Shown: positions 10,377 to 19,809 of the stretch, piece after piece | Position numbering within the stretch: the first letter of the stretch is position 1 | Layout: every line of letters begins with the position of its first letter | NCBI GenBank assembly: GCA_022821385.1 | Contig: JAJEDR010000077.1 | Span: 42,891-106,890 of the forward strand | Direction of reading: 5' to 3' | DNA: 64,000 nucleotides | DNA from: Rhodothermales bacterium | GTDB taxonomy: Bacteria; Bacteroidota; Rhodothermia; Rhodothermales; Bin80 | Notes under the pieces: generated by a model | Databases searched by the model: none | What the model was told of the DNA's origin: nothing | Seen by the model: only the letters and a program-made list of their open reading frames with translations | Translations under genes and position numbers: made by a program

Positions 10377-10607
10377 GTAGCGCTGGTGTTTTCACTCATG
10401 CTCAGTCTGATGTGAATTCCCCTTGTAGTTCTAGATCGATCTCATACATAGGTCAAGCGTTGGAGTAGCGGAAACTGCCTGTTGGGATGAGGCGCATTTA
10501 TATCTTCCATACGCTACTCGGGTAATTATTTTCACCTCTGGGGGACGGTTAACCTAATATTGACTACCTTAAGTCTATCGTCTCTTGCGCCCATAATACA
10601 GGCTAAC

Positions 10608-11072
10608 ATGAAGCACTTCCCAATTCTCACATTTCTATTGGCAGTGCTGCTCTGGGGATGTATTACGACTCCATTAGGGGTAACCATAACGTCTCGGGCG
10701 CCCACGGATACAACCTCTGCACGCCCTGCCCCCATTGAACCCAAACGTGCATGGATCTTTGTGGAGGGTTCTCAACAAGGTAGCACGCCTGCCACTGTCC
10801 GCATTCGACGCAGCTTCGAGATAACAAACGTCTCATTGCACATTGGACAAACCTTTGAGGAAGTGCGCCGCTACGAAATAGAACGCAGCGTCACATCCAA
10901 TCGAATCATGCAGAACTATACCTTTCAGGGCACATATGATGGTGGTACACTCACCTTCAATTCTACTGAGCTCTCCCAGGATAAGAAAGGGCGCTATATT
11001 ATCCCCTATTATGCCAATCCCATCCAAATAATTGATCACGAGTACGACCTAATATTGATTTTAACCGAATAA
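10608..11072 (+). CDS. Hypothetical lipoprotein
   Basis: MKHFPILTFLLAVLLWGC lipobox; stop is 1 bp before the next gene. Confidence 0.7.
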   Translation: MKHFPILTFLLAVLLWGCITTPLGVTITSRAPTDTTSARPAPIEPKRAWIFVEGSQQGSTPATVRIRRSFEITNVSLHIGQTFEEVRRYEIERSVTSNRIMQNYTFQGTYDGGTLTFNSTELSQDKKGRYIIPYYANPIQIIDHEYDLILILTE

Positions 11073-11073
11073 C

Positions 11074-11847
11074 GTGAGCATTCGACCATACGTACTTACC
11101 GAGACCAACTGGAAATCGGTCAGTGAAACTGATTTTGGGACGGCAGTATTACCTTGGGGAGCGATAGAAGCACATAACACTCACCTCCCCTATGGCACCG
11201 ACAATATTCAACTGGATCGGATTGCAGCTGATGCCTGCGCCGTGGCATGGGAACGGGGTGCTCGTGTCATAGCATTGCCAACGGTACCCTACGGGGTCAA
11301 TACAGGACAATCTGACATTCCGTTGGATCTGAATATGATGCCCAGCACACAGCAGGCACTGTTGGGAGATATCGCGCAGGCACTTGAAGGCCAGAACATT
11401 CTGAAGTTGGTTGTCCTGAACGGACATGGCGGCAACAACTTTCGGCAAATGATCCGTGAGGTCGGATTCCACCGCTCAAAACTCTTTATCTGCGAAATCA
11501 ACTGGTTCAAGGTACTTGATGCAAAACTTTACTTCGAGGATCCTGGGGACCATGCCGGAGAATTGGAAACAAGCCTAATACTCGAAATTGCCCCGGAACT
11601 CGCCCTGCCGCTTGATCAGGCAGGTTCAGGGGCAGCACGACCTTGGGCAATTGCTGGATTGAATGAAGGCTGGGCTTGGGCAGAGCGACGCTGGAGTGAA
11701 GTTACAGAAGATACAGGGGTTGGTGATCCCAGGGCGGCGTCAAAGGCTAAGGGAAGATTGTTTCTAGATGCTTTAACGCGAAAGATAGGGGACTTCCTGG
11801 CCGAACTGGATTCTACTCCAATTAACGCAATTTATAAACGGCAGTGA
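11074..11847 (+). CDS. Creatininase/mycofactocin-peptidase family amidohydrolase
   Basis: LPWGAIEAHNTHLPYGTD, NGHGGN and DHAGELETS motifs. Confidence 0.92.
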   Translation: MSIRPYVLTETNWKSVSETDFGTAVLPWGAIEAHNTHLPYGTDNIQLDRIAADACAVAWERGARVIALPTVPYGVNTGQSDIPLDLNMMPSTQQALLGDIAQALEGQNILKLVVLNGHGGNNFRQMIREVGFHRSKLFICEINWFKVLDAKLYFEDPGDHAGELETSLILEIAPELALPLDQAGSGAARPWAIAGLNEGWAWAERRWSEVTEDTGVGDPRAASKAKGRLFLDALTRKIGDFLAELDSTPINAIYKRQ

Positions 11848-11888
11848 AGCTGCCAACAGGAATACTAACAAAGCTGAGTTCTAGATAC

Positions 11889-12677
11889 ATGAATCGACTA
11901 GTAAGCGCGCTGTGCTTGGGGATTATAATCGGGCTTCCCCCATTAGTACAGGCGCAGGATCAGGCAGGAGCTTATCTGGAGAACATCGACCAGTTGCTCA
12001 GTCAGGCGCATACGGCCAGTCAGAACGCTGAGCGGGCCGCGTCAGTCCAAGAACTTAAAATGTACACTGATACCGTGTTTGAGACGATCTGGGGCACCCC
12101 CTCAGGACTGCTCTCAAACACCGGTGCAGCTCTGGCACATGGCTGGAAAACAAGATGGCAAACCGATGGCACTGAATTTGATGAGGCCCATGTTGAGCGC
12201 CATGGTTCGGATGAGCCCATGATCTCGGATCCGGAAAAACTTGGTATCATGGGACAAGGACGTGCCATCGTAAAGATGCTCGTACCCCGTCAGGAAGAAC
12301 CCCACGCAGATCATGTACTCGCTTCCCTGAGTAATGTTATCGGGTGGATGCGTCTTAGTGATGGAGTAACAAAGGGGGAGCGTCAACCTCGCATTGACCT
12401 AACACATGTTTGGGATGCCCCTACCCGCTTCTGGAATACTACCGCAGATACCGGCTGGTTGGGAGAAGTTCATGCCCAGACAATCAACATTCTCAAAACA
12501 GAATATGGAGAGAACCTTGCCATCGCCCAGGAACATGCAACAGCCATGACTGCACTATTGGAAATATGCAGGTCAGGCAAAGATGAAAATGGCGATGGCG
12601 CCGTCTCACCGATCATGATGGAAGGTGGCCTAGATACAGCGATCCAACACGCAGGGTATTTGGGAATTGTCAATTAA
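11889..12677 (+). CDS. Hypothetical exported helical protein
   Basis: Signal peptide (...LVQAQD), operon position, C-terminal DENGDG...EGGLDTAIQHA. ORF could start at 11844. Confidence 0.75.
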   Translation: MNRLVSALCLGIIIGLPPLVQAQDQAGAYLENIDQLLSQAHTASQNAERAASVQELKMYTDTVFETIWGTPSGLLSNTGAALAHGWKTRWQTDGTEFDEAHVERHGSDEPMISDPEKLGIMGQGRAIVKMLVPRQEEPHADHVLASLSNVIGWMRLSDGVTKGERQPRIDLTHVWDAPTRFWNTTADTGWLGEVHAQTINILKTEYGENLAIAQEHATAMTALLEICRSGKDENGDGAVSPIMMEGGLDTAIQHAGYLGIVN

Positions 12678-12686
12678 GAAAATACG

Positions 12687-15600
12687 ATGAGCAAAATAAT
12701 AACCAGAATCACGTTTATAACATGTATCGGGGTTCTCCTTGGTCTTAATCCCTTAGGGAACCGATCATTCGCCCAGGTGCAATGGAAGACTCTCTTTGAT
12801 GGCTCATCTTTGGATGGATGGTATCAGGCCGGACCAGGTCAGTTTGTACTGGAGCCTGATGGGTCTATGATCAGCGAAGGCGGGATGGGTCTCTTCTATT
12901 ACAGTGAAGAATCGTTTCGTGATTTTGAATTGGAACTGGAATGGAAGTCAAACAAGACAACAGCAAACAGTGGAGTGTTCGTTCGATTTCCAGAAACCGA
13001 TGATCCATGGGTGGCCGTCAACGAAGGCTATGAAATCCAGATTGACGACAGTCGAGACCCCGATCACAAGACGGGTAGCATTTTTGCAATTAGCAAAGCA
13101 TTCCGCTCGAACCCACTTCCGGCAGGCGAATGGAATAAATTCCGTATTCGCGTAACGGGACAGCGGTACGAAGTTTGGCATAATGATGTCAAGGTCAATG
13201 ACTACATGGGGAACCGTGGACGGGAAGGCTTTATCGGGCTTCAGAATCATGACAACGGTTCACGTGTGGCTTTCAGGAACGTAAAAGTCCGCCCTATTGA
13301 AGGGGATATCCACGAGTCTCTGGCTGACCTTCTAGCAACACCTGAGGCATATGAGCCGATACGGGTGCTGATGTTAACAGCCACCCATGGTTTTAGACAT
13401 GGCGCTGCAATTGAGGCTCAGAAGGAGGTTATGATGGCATTAAACCAAACCACAGAGCTTCGGGTAGATACTACCGAGGATGTCAGCATGCTGCGGCCGG
13501 AAATACTGGATAATTATGATGTGCTTTTCCTGGCAAACTCGACACTTCGAATTCCGCACCCGGAGGGAGCTCCGGAACCGGAACCGACTGCAACGATGGC
13601 TGAGGGAACACTGGCAAATTTCGACCTCAAGCTCATGGTGCCGGACAACGAGATCCAGGGCAAGGTTGCCATTAGTGAGGCTCCAGATTCGCTCATCGGG
13701 ATGGTCAAGTTCAACATATTTCCCGATCCGGCAAATTTGTTCGGCGTTTGGCTAGATACAGATTCTCTCTCATTCATGTGGGATACCGGGGGCATGGGGA
13801 TAGCAACCGCTATGCTTGATATAGACGGGGATTCGTTGAGTGGACTGATGTCTCTGGGAGAAATGCAGGTACCACTTTCAGGCACACCTAGCGAATCTGA
13901 ACCCATCGATTATGCCATTACAATCACTACCCCACAGGCTCCCTTGGGTGCTCTTCTGACGCTCGGAGGAGCTTCAAGCACGATTGCTTTCCCGGATGGC
14001 ACACTGCCTGTCAATGATCTCCTGCTTGCGGGAGATTCGGTTAGGTTTCACTTTAACGTTGAACAGTTCGGTGATTTCTATGCCGAAGGGGTTATTGAGG
14101 GTGATAGTATCCGAGGTGCACTTGGGAGTGATTTTGGTGAGTTGCCCTTTGAAGGATCCAGGCAAGTAGGTGAACCAGAACATGAAGGCGAAACTCTTGA
14201 GCCCGAACAGCTTGAAGCCATCCTGTCGTTTCTGGCCCAAGGAAAAGGAATTGCGATAGCACACGCTGGGCTTGACGCACTTTATAATTCGCCAGAATAC
14301 CGCGAAATGGTTGGAGGGGGCCTGTTTGAAAGCCATCCCTGGACACAAAGTGTTCGTATTACGGTGGAAGATCCAAATACACCTGCCACACGCCATTTAA
14401 GAGAAGATCTATGGGTGCATGAGGAGATTTATGTACTTGACGTCAATCCTCGCTGGAATGCACGAGTTCTTCTGTCTCTGGATACTGAAACCGTTGAATT
14501 GACGGAAGCATCTGCTGGTCGAGAGGGAAATGACTACCCCATAAGCTGGATACGCATGCACAATGGTGGGCGTGTATTTGCCACAGGACTCGGACATTTT
14601 GCGGATACGTGGAAAACTCCCGCATTTCTAGAGCATGTTGTTCAGGGCCTACGTATGGTGGCGGGGCGCACAGAAGCAAGTTTTTCAGGATACCGGGTTA
14701 AGGAAGTCATTGCCGACAATGTTTGGCCGGATGATATCGCTGTAGATGAACAAGGTGATGTATGGATTGCGGAGCTTAGAGGCAAGGTGCATCATTATAA
14801 TGCACAAAGTGGCGAGGTAACGCAGATTGCTCATTTACAAACGACAGATCCAACAAACGTAGAACATGGTTTATATGGGATTGAAGTGGATCCTGATTTT
14901 TACGGGGGATCACCGTATGTATATCTCTACTATGCAGAACCACATACTTTCATCAACACTCTCTCACGATTCGTCTATGAGAACGGTCAAATAGATCTTG
15001 AATCAGAGCATGTTCTCCTTCGCGTACCGACAGAGCCGCAATGTTGTCATCAAGGGGGTGATATCGAATGGGGACCCGATTCTACGCTTTATCTCTCAAC
15101 TGGGGATACCGGCATGTCCGAGGTTCGTCCTGGGTGGAAGATGTCAGAAGAGCAGTTAGCTGCATTTATTGACAAACACGCACTAAAGGATTACCATTGG
15201 GCACGTCTGGTGGATTCCGAGCGATCCGCGCAGAATCTGCAGGATCTACGTGGTAAGATTTTGAGAATTAACAGGAATGGGACGATTCCGCAAGACAATC
15301 CATTTTATGGCAAGCCGGGTGTACGGTGGGAAATTTATGCATATGGCTTACGCAACCCTTACCGCTTCAAGGTAGACCAAGAAACCGGTGCGCTCTACAT
15401 CGGTGTGGTAGGGCCAGATGCTTCCTTTGACTATGATGAGTATAATGTTTCTGCCAATGGAGGGGAAAATTTCGGTTGGCCACGCACACTTGGAAAGCTC
15501 TTCTATAACGAGTGGACGCCAGAATTGATACCTGATTTCGTACCGCCCTTCTGGGAGTACACCTACGAGCATGGTGGGCGTTCAGCTACTGTCGGACCGA

Positions 15601-16187
15601 TCTACCGCTCCGCTGGTCAATACGCCTTTGGTGACAATTTTCAAAACAAAATATTTGTATTTGATTGGGCCAGACGCTGGATCAAATATGGAGAACTCGT
15701 TGATGGAACATTCGAGAATGATCAGGCGGAGGATGTGCGCATTGATGTTCCAAATATTCAGATGCCGGCAAAGCGGTTGGTCAACATTAAAACATTCGAT
15801 ACACTACAGGGTACCTCCCCCATTTCCATGGAGTTGGGACCGGACGGAAGCATATACGTTGCAGAATTTGATGGCTTCTGGGATGCTGGTCCAGATGCAA
15901 AAGTAACACGTTACCGATGGATTGAAGAGAATCGTGCTCCAATTGGTGAAGTAGAAATAAGGACCGATCCCAACCAGACCAGACTGCTATATTTCGACGG
16001 GATGGGCATCATTGATCCCGATGGGGATGCCCTGGAATACCACTGGTCCTTCGGAGATGGCAACGAGGCAAAGGCACAATACGTATCACATGCGTATGAC
16101 GCTCCCGGTGAGTACCACATCGTGTTAGAGGTAACAGACACTCATGGTGCTTCCCGCGTGATGAAGTGGGATTGGAAGATTGAATAG
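12687..16187 (+). CDS. Exported DUF1080 + ThuA-like + glucose/sorbosone dehydrogenase propeller + PKD fusion protein
   Basis: DUF1080 (LFDGSSLDGW, NSGVFVR, GFIGLQNHD, FRNVKVR); ThuA (GFRH, GRVFATGLGH); GSDH (CCHQGG, LSTGD, LRGKILRI, AYGLRNPYR); PKD (YHWSFGDG, HAYDAPGEY). Confidence 0.88.
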   Translation: MSKIITRITFITCIGVLLGLNPLGNRSFAQVQWKTLFDGSSLDGWYQAGPGQFVLEPDGSMISEGGMGLFYYSEESFRDFELELEWKSNKTTANSGVFVRFPETDDPWVAVNEGYEIQIDDSRDPDHKTGSIFAISKAFRSNPLPAGEWNKFRIRVTGQRYEVWHNDVKVNDYMGNRGREGFIGLQNHDNGSRVAFRNVKVRPIEGDIHESLADLLATPEAYEPIRVLMLTATHGFRHGAAIEAQKEVMMALNQTTELRVDTTEDVSMLRPEILDNYDVLFLANSTLRIPHPEGAPEPEPTATMAEGTLANFDLKLMVPDNEIQGKVAISEAPDSLIGMVKFNIFPDPANLFGVWLDTDSLSFMWDTGGMGIATAMLDIDGDSLSGLMSLGEMQVPLSGTPSESEPIDYAITITTPQAPLGALLTLGGASSTIAFPDGTLPVNDLLLAGDSVRFHFNVEQFGDFYAEGVIEGDSIRGALGSDFGELPFEGSRQVGEPEHEGETLEPEQLEAILSFLAQGKGIAIAHAGLDALYNSPEYREMVGGGLFESHPWTQSVRITVEDPNTPATRHLREDLWVHEEIYVLDVNPRWNARVLLSLDTETVELTEASAGREGNDYPISWIRMHNGGRVFATGLGHFADTWKTPAFLEHVVQGLRMVAGRTEASFSGYRVKEVIADNVWPDDIAVDEQGDVWIAELRGKVHHYNAQSGEVTQIAHLQTTDPTNVEHGLYGIEVDPDFYGGSPYVYLYYAEPHTFINTLSRFVYENGQIDLESEHVLLRVPTEPQCCHQGGDIEWGPDSTLYLSTGDTGMSEVRPGWKMSEEQLAAFIDKHALKDYHWARLVDSERSAQNLQDLRGKILRINRNGTIPQDNPFYGKPGVRWEIYAYGLRNPYRFKVDQETGALYIGVVGPDASFDYDEYNVSANGGENFGWPRTLGKLFYNEWTPELIPDFVPPFWEYTYEHGGRSATVGPIYRSAGQYAFGDNFQNKIFVFDWARRWIKYGELVDGTFENDQAEDVRIDVPNIQMPAKRLVNIKTFDTLQGTSPISMELGPDGSIYVAEFDGFWDAGPDAKVTRYRWIEENRAPIGEVEIRTDPNQTRLLYFDGMGIIDPDGDALEYHWSFGDGNEAKAQYVSHAYDAPGEYHIVLEVTDTHGASRVMKWDWKIE

Positions 16188-16205
16188 CCCTCATACTACT
16201 GTACA

Positions 16206-16739
16206 GTGTTCATGAATCTTAAGAAAGCAATTCGTCTTTTCGGTATTGTAGTTCTGCTCTCTGGATTGATCATTAAGAAGGGTGCAGCGCAGGGTTCTTC
16301 CAGCGTGGACGGAGAACAACTCTATCTCAGTCGATGCATGTCCTGTCATCAAGTTGACGGTAATGGTATCCCAGGCGTATTTCCTCCACTTAATGAGATT
16401 GATTGGGTTACAGGGGATAAGGGGCGACTGATTCGCATCGTGTTGGATGGTGCTGTTGGCGAATACAATATCGGAGGTGTGATTTACAGTGGCGCCATGC
16501 CGCCCTGGAAAAGTTTTCTGAATGATCAGGAGATGGCTGCGATGCTAACCTATATTCGGAGCGCATGGGACAATGATGCTTCGAGAGTTACCGAGGATGA
16601 GGTCCGTCTTGTTCGAGAGGCTAGCAATGGCAGAAATCAAGCCTGGACGGCCGAAGAACTGGCAGATGAGGCCAATCAGGGTATCCCAGGTTCTTTCGGG
16701 TTTCTACTGACTCCACGCGATACAACTAAATCAAATTGA
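16206..16739 (+). CDS. Class I monoheme cytochrome c
   Basis: Signal peptide, CMSCH heme motif, GVFPPL, AMPPW and LTYIRSAW. Confidence 0.92.
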   Translation: MFMNLKKAIRLFGIVVLLSGLIIKKGAAQGSSSVDGEQLYLSRCMSCHQVDGNGIPGVFPPLNEIDWVTGDKGRLIRIVLDGAVGEYNIGGVIYSGAMPPWKSFLNDQEMAAMLTYIRSAWDNDASRVTEDEVRLVREASNGRNQAWTAEELADEANQGIPGSFGFLLTPRDTTKSN

Positions 16740-16752
16740 GGAATATCCTAAC

Positions 16753-17748
16753 ATGCTTCGCTCACTCATTCTTTTGCTGTGTTTGGCAATATGCCAAGCA
16801 CCTGTTACTTTTGGACAACAACTGATTGGATCAGTTGAAGTGCATGATGAAGCTTTAACATCGCTGATAGATCCAGATGCGCAATTGGAGGTCCTCGCCG
16901 AAGGATTTGAGTGGTCAGAGGGGCCGGTTTGGGTGAGTGATGGTGAGTTTTTACTCTTTTCTGATGTCTGGACTAATCGTATCTATCGCTGGAAGGAAGG
17001 AAGCAAAGCCGAGATCTTTTTGGAGCCATCGGGCTATACAGGCCCGCCCAGAGAAGGGCGCATCGGTGGATCTAATGGGCTTACCCTAGATTCCGAAGGT
17101 CGTTTGGTTATGGTACAGCATAGCGATCGCCGTATTGCGCGATTGAGTGGCTCTTTGACAGATCCTGAGCCCGAGTACGATACAATCACCGATCTGTATG
17201 AGGGTAAACGATACAACAGTCCCAACGATCTGGTCTATCACTCTAACGGGACATTGTATTTCACGGATCCGCCCTACGGGCAAGACAAAGAACTGGATTT
17301 TCAAGGTATATATAGCATTACACCTGAGGGGACCGTTAGATTGCTTGAAGCGGGAATGAGTCGACCAAATGGATTAGCTTTTTCACCAGATGAGAGCATC
17401 CTTTATGTCGCAAATTCAGATCCAGAGCATCTTGTCCTGATGGCTTATGATGTCTTACCCGATGGTGGGCTAGACAACGGCCGTATCTTTTTCGATGGCA
17501 CCGACCTCATGGAAGAAGGATTGCAGGGGTTACACGATGGCCTAAAGGTGGACCAGGACGGCAATGTATTTGCAACGGGCCCAGGAGGAGTTCTAGTCCT
17601 TAGCCCGGAGGGCGTCCATCTCGGCACGATCAATACTACCCAGCGCACAGCCAATTGCGCTTTTGGGGATGATGGCAGTATGCTATACATTACGGCTCAC
17701 AGCCTTCTATTACGGATCCCGCTGCTGACGAGAGGCACTACTCCCTAA
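16753..17748 (+). CDS. SMP-30/gluconolactonase family protein (paralogue 1)
   Basis: WSEGPVW, GSNGL, NSPND, FTDPPYG, PNGLAFSPDE, DGLKVD and ANCAFG. Confidence 0.93.
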   Translation: MLRSLILLLCLAICQAPVTFGQQLIGSVEVHDEALTSLIDPDAQLEVLAEGFEWSEGPVWVSDGEFLLFSDVWTNRIYRWKEGSKAEIFLEPSGYTGPPREGRIGGSNGLTLDSEGRLVMVQHSDRRIARLSGSLTDPEPEYDTITDLYEGKRYNSPNDLVYHSNGTLYFTDPPYGQDKELDFQGIYSITPEGTVRLLEAGMSRPNGLAFSPDESILYVANSDPEHLVLMAYDVLPDGGLDNGRIFFDGTDLMEEGLQGLHDGLKVDQDGNVFATGPGGVLVLSPEGVHLGTINTTQRTANCAFGDDGSMLYITAHSLLLRIPLLTRGTTP

Positions 17749-17904
17749 CTTATTTCAGATGCAAAATTAGGGAGCCACTCTTTATTGAGCGACTCGGACC
17801 ATCTTGAATGGCCAACTCGCGAATGCAATGCGGAGTACGGAAAACCCATTTCCGTCCAGGATTGATTTCCAAGGACATAATCTTCCAGAAATACCGGATC
17901 ATAA

Positions 17905-18969
17905 ATGCGCTATATCCCCTTCGTTCTTGTGCTGTTCTTGGCAATGTGTCAGACAGCTCCCCCGGATGAAACTCACGAAGAAACACCCGTTGACTCAGAC
18001 CAGACCATGGCTTCCAAGAGATTAATAGGGACGGTTCAAGTACTAGACGAAGCGCTAACTTCATTGGTTGCCGCAGATGCACAATTGGAGGTCCTGGCAG
18101 AAGGCTTTGATTGGTCAGAAGGCCCCGTCTGGGTTAACAGAGGCGGCTTCCTGCTCTTTTCAGATGTGCCTACCAACAGAATTTATCAGTGGATGGAGGA
18201 CAGCGAGGTCAGTGTGTTTTTAGAACCATCGGGTTATACGGGAACAGTGGAAAGAGGGGGTGAGACCGGATCTAACGGACTAACGCTGGATACCGAAGGC
18301 CACCTGATCATTGCACAGCATGGTGACCGTCGAGTTGCCCGGCTAAGTACATCTGTTTTGGAGCCGCAACCTGTGTATGAGACGATCACCGAGCAGTACG
18401 ACGGCAAACGATACAACAGTCCCAATGACTTGGTTTATCATTCTGACGGAACGTTGTATTTCACGGATCCGCCCTACGGGCTTGAGTTCAGAATGTCTGA
18501 TCCGGCCAAAGAATTGGATTTTCAAGGTGTGTACAGTGTTAGCCCGGATGGCACAGTCCAACTCCTTGAGTCAACAATGAGCAGGCCCAACGGACTAGCT
18601 TTCTCACCAGACGAGAGCACATTGTATGTTGCCAATTCAGATCCGGAGCACGCTATCTGGATGGCTTACGATGTTCTGCCAGACGGCGGTATAAGCAACG
18701 GTCGCGTGTTTTTCGATGCTACGGACCTTGTCAAGCAGGGCCTCCCCGGCTTGCCCGATGGTCTGAAAGTAGATGAGAGTGGCAATTTATTTGCAACAGG
18801 ACCAGGGGGTGTACTCATCCTCAGCCCAGAGGGCGTCCATCTTGGTACGATCAATACAACACAGGCAACTGCCAACTGCGCCTTTGGGGGAGATGGTAAT
18901 GTGCTATACATTACAGCAGACATGCTCCTGCTGCGTATTCAGCTCCAAACCAAGGGCGCTATTCTTTAA
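17905..18969 (+). CDS. SMP-30/gluconolactonase family protein (paralogue 2, probable lipoprotein)
   Basis: Same motif set as paralogue 1; N-terminus ...LFLAMC. Confidence 0.93.
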   Translation: MRYIPFVLVLFLAMCQTAPPDETHEETPVDSDQTMASKRLIGTVQVLDEALTSLVAADAQLEVLAEGFDWSEGPVWVNRGGFLLFSDVPTNRIYQWMEDSEVSVFLEPSGYTGTVERGGETGSNGLTLDTEGHLIIAQHGDRRVARLSTSVLEPQPVYETITEQYDGKRYNSPNDLVYHSDGTLYFTDPPYGLEFRMSDPAKELDFQGVYSVSPDGTVQLLESTMSRPNGLAFSPDESTLYVANSDPEHAIWMAYDVLPDGGISNGRVFFDATDLVKQGLPGLPDGLKVDESGNLFATGPGGVLILSPEGVHLGTINTTQATANCAFGGDGNVLYITADMLLLRIQLQTKGAIL

Positions 18970-19098
18970 TCTGCTCAAACCATGCGTGGTTAGCCAGCGT
19001 GTAGGACATGCTGAGCCTCTGCCAATAGCTGTTATCTTCGTCTCACGTTAACAGTAATAATTCCAAGAGGTACTGAAATCACTACACCACTGGCCGCT

Positions 19099-19752
19099 GT
19101 GCTGTTTGACATGGACGGAGTTCTTGTTAATTCCGAACCATTGCATGAAAAGGCACAGGACATTGTCTGTCGGCGATTCGATCTGGATGTGCCAACATCG
19201 ATCTCTCCTATTTTCAAGGGCTGGACGGAAGATCGTGTGTATGCATATATTGCTGAGCATTTTGGCACGGGTTCAGCTACGGTCGAGACGCTTATACGAG
19301 CCAAACATGCTGTTTTTGCGAGTCTTTCCGATGAGCTTGAACTCATATCAGGTGCCGCAGAACTGGTGCATGCATTACATAACCTGGACATCCCCCTAGG
19401 TCTGGTTACTTCTGCTACTCGTGCTGACCAGGAAAGAGCATTTGCCAAGTTTGGCTTCTTCCCCTATTTCTCCTCAGTCACAACAGTTGAAGATGTTACC
19501 GAGGCAAAGCCTCATCCACAACCATACTTGACTGGCTCTGAACGCTTGGGAATGAGGCCTGAAGAATGCATCGTTGTTGAGGACTCCAAGTACGGAGTAA
19601 TCAGTGCCTTACGTGCGGGATGTCATGTTTTGGGACTAGCGACAACATTTTCATGTGGTGCATTAGATGATGCAGGTGCACATGCTGTTTTTGATTCAAT
19701 TGAGGCAATTGAACCGCACATAAAGGAGCTCCTGAAACTGACAGTTGTATAG
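19099..19752 (+). CDS. HAD family phosphatase (beta-phosphoglucomutase-like)
   Basis: LFDMDGVL, LVTS, KPHP and VEDS.YG motifs. True start is probably slightly upstream. Confidence 0.9.
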   Translation: MLFDMDGVLVNSEPLHEKAQDIVCRRFDLDVPTSISPIFKGWTEDRVYAYIAEHFGTGSATVETLIRAKHAVFASLSDELELISGAAELVHALHNLDIPLGLVTSATRADQERAFAKFGFFPYFSSVTTVEDVTEAKPHPQPYLTGSERLGMRPEECIVVEDSKYGVISALRAGCHVLGLATTFSCGALDDAGAHAVFDSIEAIEPHIKELLKLTVV

Positions 19753-19809
19753 ATTCTCGGTGTTTAGGCCAGCTACCCCCTGTCTTCCATAATCTTAGAC
19801 AAACAAATA

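Noticed and set aside
10268-10380. Regularly spaced repeats suggesting a mini-CRISPR array
   Set aside because: The repeat core is only 8-13 bp with a 31-32 bp period, far shorter than CRISPR units, and there are no cas genes.
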